From: the human T2T-CHM13v2.0 reference genome, Homo sapiens
Assembly (NCBI RefSeq): GCF_009914755.1
Contig: NC_060929.1
DNA: 64,000 nt
Strand: one strand, 5' to 3'
Shown one piece after another: positions 55,181 to 64,000 of this stretch. Below the pieces are notes generated by a model, which saw nothing but the letters and a program-made list of their open reading frames with translations, was not told the origin of the DNA and did not search any database. Every line of letters starts with the position of its first letter. Position 1 is the first letter of the stretch. A program made the translations under genes and the position numbers.

Positions 55181-55755
55181 ACAGGGAGGTCTGTACTGAG
55201 ATGATATAATCTTCAAATATAGTAAGTGAAAAAAGAAAGGTACAGAATAGTGTGCATAATATACTGTTATATTCTTTAAAAAATGTACACATGTACATAT
55301 ACACTGTGCAGGCATAAAACCTCTAAAAAGACATATAGGAAACCAGTAACATTATTTCCTAAAGGGAAGGAACCTGGGGTGCCTGGGGATAGGGTGGTCT
55401 GGAAGGGAGACCTAACTTTTCAACATGCTCTTTTGTACCTTTTGAACTTTGTATCGAGTACAACACTTAACTTTTTTTCTAATTTAAAGAAAGAAAAAAG
55501 GAATACTCTGTTGCTTTATCTTTAGTTTTATTTTAAGAGATCATCTGCATTTTTTTCTGTAATAAACTTAAAAGATATCCACCCATTTTGTCAGATTTAT
55601 TTATTCTTTAGCAATTTAAGTATTAAAATCACAGTTTTTGTCTCAATCCTTAATAATACTATATTCATTATATTTCATGTTTAGCTTTCTCATGGAGAAA
55701 AAGAAACACAGGCATAAACCTATATACTATCCACCTGCTGGTTCTGCAACATGAT

Positions 55756-55761
55756 TTTAAT
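55756..55761 (-). terminator. Candidate AK6 polyadenylation signal ATTAAA
   Basis: ATTAAA ~85 nt after the AK6 stop; further AATAAA signals on minus near 55600 and 55530. Confidence 0.55.
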
Positions 55762-55845
55762 AAAGTGTTACTGACACTTGAACAATTTCTATGATGTCGG
55801 CAGAGATATCAACAAGAGTGATTATTAAGTAGCTAGCCTTATAAG

Positions 55846-56157
<312 letters not shown>

Positions 56158-56299
56158 TCACCTAGAGAGGAGTGACTGGTACCTGTTTATATGACACAGT
56201 TTCTTGACACTAGGGTGAAACTAAAGATCACCAAACCAGCATCTAGGTTTGTTTGAATTTCCCCCCCCCACAATTTGTCAGCTACTCAATAAATTCCCA

Positions 56300-57783
<1,484 letters not shown>

Positions 57784-58516
57784 TAGGCTCAAGCAATCAC
57801 CTTGCCTCAGCCTCCCAAATTGCTGGGATTACAGGTGTGAGGTGTGAGCCGTCCTGCCTCCCCCTCACCACCCAACCATGCCCAGCCTAAAGCTGTTACT
57901 TTTTTACAACCTTTTCGATAGTTAAAAATACTAACTAGCTCTCTCATAGTTTTTTCATACCTTAGTCTTACCCTTGGCTATATATGTAAAACAGTAATTT
58001 TTTAATCAAAATTTTAAATTGTCTTGATTGAAAAAAAGCATATGTACCATATAGTCTCTATTACTTCTCTGCCCCAAAACTTTTAATGGCTTTTCACTGC
58101 CTAAAAAAGATAAAAGTTTTAGGTTTAGCCCCAATTTAACTTTTTCTATATGTATATTTGCTGCCATACTATTCTGTGCAAGGATTTACAAGTATCGCAA
58201 ATAATAGTGGTTAGTCAGAGTTGACTATAATCAGTGAAAACCACACATTCTGACCCCGACCTTAAGCAAAATTCTGGAGCTTTCCTTTCTGAGATTGCTC
58301 TCTAATTTCTCTAGAATCCCCATATTCCCACAGCTTTGATCAAAAGACAGTGGGGATAAAAGACTTCCCTAAAAGTTTCTCTTTACTGGTTCTTCCGCAT
58401 TAAATCTGATGCTCTATTTGTGGGTTTAACTCGGTATCTATTAAAGACTGTGAAATGCTGGTTTATTTTGTTAGTTTTTCATAAGCTTTCCCACTCCTGA
58501 TGCAGGGATAATTTGA

Positions 58517-58777
<261 letters not shown>

Positions 58778-59433
58778 TAATTTTTTTTGCATTTTTAGTA
58801 GTGACAGGATTTCACCATGTTAGCCAGCATGGTCTCGATGTCCTGACCTTGTGATCCTCCCACCTTGGTCTCCCAAAGTGCTGGGATTACAAGCGTGAGC
58901 CACTGTGCCCGGCCGACTAAATTGGGTTTCTACACAGTACATTTTACTCAATCAGATTGTCAGTTGAGATATTAATTTACTCAAAAAGTACTGCCCATAT
59001 TTTAAAGTAGTCATATTTTCAAATAAAACCCTTTATTAGCTGGGTGCTATGACTCACACCTGTAGCCTCAGCACTTTGGGAGGCTGAGGTGGGCAGATTG
59101 CTGGAGCCCAAGAGTTCGAGACCAGTCTGGGCAACATGGGAGACCCCATCTCTACAAAAAATAAAAAAATTAGCCAGGCAAGGTGGCATGTGCCCGTGGT
59201 CTGTTAGTCAGGAGGCTGAGGCACAAGAATTGCTTGAACCAGGGAGGTGGAGGTTGCAGTGGACCGAGATCACACCACTGCCCTCCAGCCTGGGTGACAG
59301 CGAGACTCTATCTCAAAAAAACAAAACAAAACAAAACAAAACAAACAACAACAATCTTTTATCATGGCCAATTTCAGAAATCTGAATAAAAGTTAACATT
59401 ATGCTTTAAGAATCTAATGTTTTTCCTTTCTTA

Positions 59434-59610
<177 letters not shown>

Positions 59611-59662
59611 TTAAGAAAACTGAAGTCAACTTTCCTATGAAATTCAACAAATGCATACTTTA

Positions 59663-59785
<123 letters not shown>

Positions 59786-61492
59786 TTAAGTAATTTTCAA
59801 TTAATTCTAGACTTCAGGAAAGGAAATGTATCATCAATTATTCTTTTAGATACAAGGGTGGATACTAACAAAATAAATGTTACATAAACACCAAATATAA
59901 AGGAGCCATACTAACTGATAAATTGGAATTTTGTTTAGAGGGAAACTTGGATTGCAATATATCTGAAACTGCTTTAAATATCAAAACTGAAACCAACTAA
60001 AAAGAGTGAATAACCAACTTCAGAATTTGTGGGGCTACTAGAAGAGGACTACACTATTTTTGTTGAACTACAGATTGGCGGGAAGAGGAAACACCTGAAC
60101 AGATACAAACACACTCACATACATTTAAAAGCAGATTAATTTATCAAAAGCAGTAACAGGCCAGGCATGGTGGCTTTGCGCTTGTAATCCCAGCCCAGTA
60201 CGAGGTAGGAGGATCTCTTGAGCCCAGGAGTTCAAGACAGCCTGGGCAATATGTTGAGAACCTGTTTCTACAGAAAAAAAAAAAAAAATTAGGCAGGCAT
60301 GGTGGTGCACACCTGTAGTCCCAGTTACTTGGGAGGCTGAGGCAGAAGGATTGCTTGAGCCTGGGAGGTGGAGGTTACAATAAGGTGAGATCACACCACC
60401 GTACTCCAGGCTGGGCGACAGAGCAGGACCCTGTCTCCAAAAAGAAAGAAAGAAAAAAGCAATAACAGATTCTTTATTCCAGAAATGAACCCTCTGTCAC
60501 TGAGCTCACATCCTCATGGGAATAGAGAAGGGTCAGGATCCAAATGCTCCTGAACAGTATCTTTACTTCTAGATTTCCAGTATTCCAAACTGCCGTTCCT
60601 CATAAGAGTTAAATAGTCTCATTTCAGAAGGCAAAACAAAAATAACGTTCAAAGTTACAAAGGAGGCAAATTTAAATTTAACATAAGAACTTTCCAACAA
60701 ATCACAGCTGGTTTTCAAAAGAAGTATTCTTTCAGGAGGTAAGACATACCATCTTACCCTTAGCCCCAGCCCTTAGGAGGTATTAATCTAAGGCAAGCTC
60801 AGATCATCCATTAACCATCTCTGAGAGCATGTTATATAGCAGTCTTCCCACCTCTTTCCCCTTAATATTTTGGTACGGGTTGAAATGAGGTTAAAATGAA
60901 CATAAATTCTGAAGGGACACAGGAGTAGTCTGATGGTCACTGCGGGGGCAGTCTGATGGACACTGGAGGGCACAAAAGCAGTTGTAACTCCTTGTCTTGC
61001 CTGGAGGGTCTGTGGACTGATTCTAGGCACATAAACCACCTTTCTAGCACTCTAGTGTGGCCTCTGCCTCCTTGGGCTATTGCTCACCTACCAGGAACTC
61101 TACCAACCTAAAAAATTAAACTGTCTTGGTATGAAGAAAACTGGTTAACAATTTAGAAAACAATCTAAATCCTTACTTTATACCACAAACCCCAGATGGA
61201 GCTATAAAGGAATGATTCATTTGAGTTTGTTGAGTAGCAGAAGAAATAAAAAGACTGATCCAGTTATTTAAAATGTTGACTCTCTGTTCCTTGAGAAATA
61301 ATCAAATTCTAAGAAAAGTAACAGAATGGGAGAAATAACAAAGGACTGAAATGTAGATAATATAAAGACCTTAAAACCAAAATAACAATTGCTCAATAAA
61401 CAAGAAAAGAATTCACACAAGATGGAAGAGTGGAAAAAATCAGTAAACACACATGAAAAAATACTGAATTTTCCTAGCTATTAAAGAGATGC

Positions 61493-62400
<908 letters not shown>

Positions 62401-63043
62401 TTTTTGAGACGGAGTCCCAGAGGCTATCAAGTCTACTGCAGATTTTTAGGTAAGTGATGATTGTAGCCTGTACCAGAGAAATGAACGGATCCTAAACTTC
62501 ATTTCAAATTTCAAAAAAAGAATAAATTTTATGCTACTTTAGAAAGTTTCAATTGGAAGCCAAATTTATACTTGCCTATACATAGGATCTTAAGCAAAGA
62601 TCAAAAAGGTTGATTTGTTTAAGGACTGAGAGATTAGAAAATTAAATCAACTTTCTAAACAAAGTTTTGCAGTTTATTTTTTTAAATTCCAGGTACAGAT
62701 ATATTGCTTGCAGAAAAAAAATCAATTGTGGGGCCAGAGTTAAAAGGGTGAGCATGGTGGTTCGCGCTTATAATCCTAGCACTTTCAGAGGCCGAGGTGG
62801 GAGGATCTCTTGAGCCTGGGAGTTCGGGATCACCCTGGATAACATAGCAACACCCCACCACTACCAAAAGAAAAAAAAAAAAATTAGCCCAGCATGGTGG
62901 TGCCAGCCTATAGTCCCAGCTACTCTGGAGGTTGAGGTGGGAGGACTGCTTGAGGCTGGAGTGAGCCAGGATTGCACCACTGTATTCCAGTTAGGGTGAC
63001 AGTGATACCTTGTCTCAAAAAAAAAAAAATTTTTTTTTTTTAA

Positions 63044-63344
<301 letters not shown>

Positions 63345-64000
63345 TAAAGCTCATTCTTACCTTAAAAAACCTTCCCAGCTGCTGCTGTTTGTCAAACTGT
63401 AAAATCATGACATTATGTTTAACTGCCATCCTAGAACTTATATACACTCAAGTGAAAGCTGTTCTTTAATCATATTGGGATGCTGGTTGTTTTGACACTG
63501 CTGCCAATACTTAAAATTTTTATTTTCATATTTCTTCTTTTGAAAACATATTCACCACATTTACCTCAACTCAACAAGAAGCTGATAACTCTAAAGCAAT
63601 TAGAACAAGAAATTAACTGGTTTAGAGTGATTGGGTGCCTTTAAAATACCTGGCTTTTTATGCGAAAAGAAAAGGGCAATTAATTCTGCATAGTGAAGTT
63701 AGACAGCCAAAGATATGACATTGGAGTTGGGCCTCCAAGGAGTTGTAAGGAAGATAAGGAAACCTATAAAGAGAACAGCATGCATAAATACTCGAGGTGG
63801 AAAATTCCTAGTGAGAACAGGGTATGATGGCTGCACTGAAGGGGACATAGGGGAGAGAACGGCTGCAGGTAAACTGTGGCCATTTTATAAAGAATCTCCT
63901 ATATTTCCTGAAGGAGAATGGACTATGTGAGTAAAAAGTTCAAATCATGTCATTCTCCTTCCCCACTTTTAAGAAAATGATAGTGTAGAAGAGGGAAGAA

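Noticed and set aside
55755-55764. Overlapping plus-strand AATAAA with the AK6 ATTAAA
   Set aside because: No convergent plus-strand transcript evident; common by chance in AT-rich UTRs

Overview
Human (or very close great-ape) genomic DNA, Alu-saturated, from the CCDC125-AK6/TAF9 interval (5q13.2 from recall of gene order). Minus strand: the 5' portion of CCDC125 (CpG-island first exon near 36.5 kb plus seven coding exons from 24244 down to 3758; the gene continues left of the window) and the last three coding exons of AK6 (59739-55846; its upstream exons and TAF9 lie right of the window). Three recognisable processed pseudogenes are present: CFL1, CHCHD2 and NDUFB9. Repeats include a full-length THE1 MaLR provirus, a solo LTR3, MLT1, L1, L2, MIR, DNA-transposon fossils and dozens of Alus; most ORFs in the track are Alu or LTR translations. 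Most interesting observations: (1) an apparent ~4.75 kb L1-mobilised retrocopy bounded by a TSD and poly(A), starting with SPIN1-like 5' sequence and continuing into unrelated sequence; (2) a 54-codon spliced uORF whose stop overlaps the CCDC125 start codon (ATGA); (3) a ~0.6 kb segment duplicated 29.6 kb apart; (4) an L1-mobilised polyadenylated MST-LTR fragment; (5) an Alu carrying an inverted, tail-less Alu. All identifications come from reading and recall; no searches were run.
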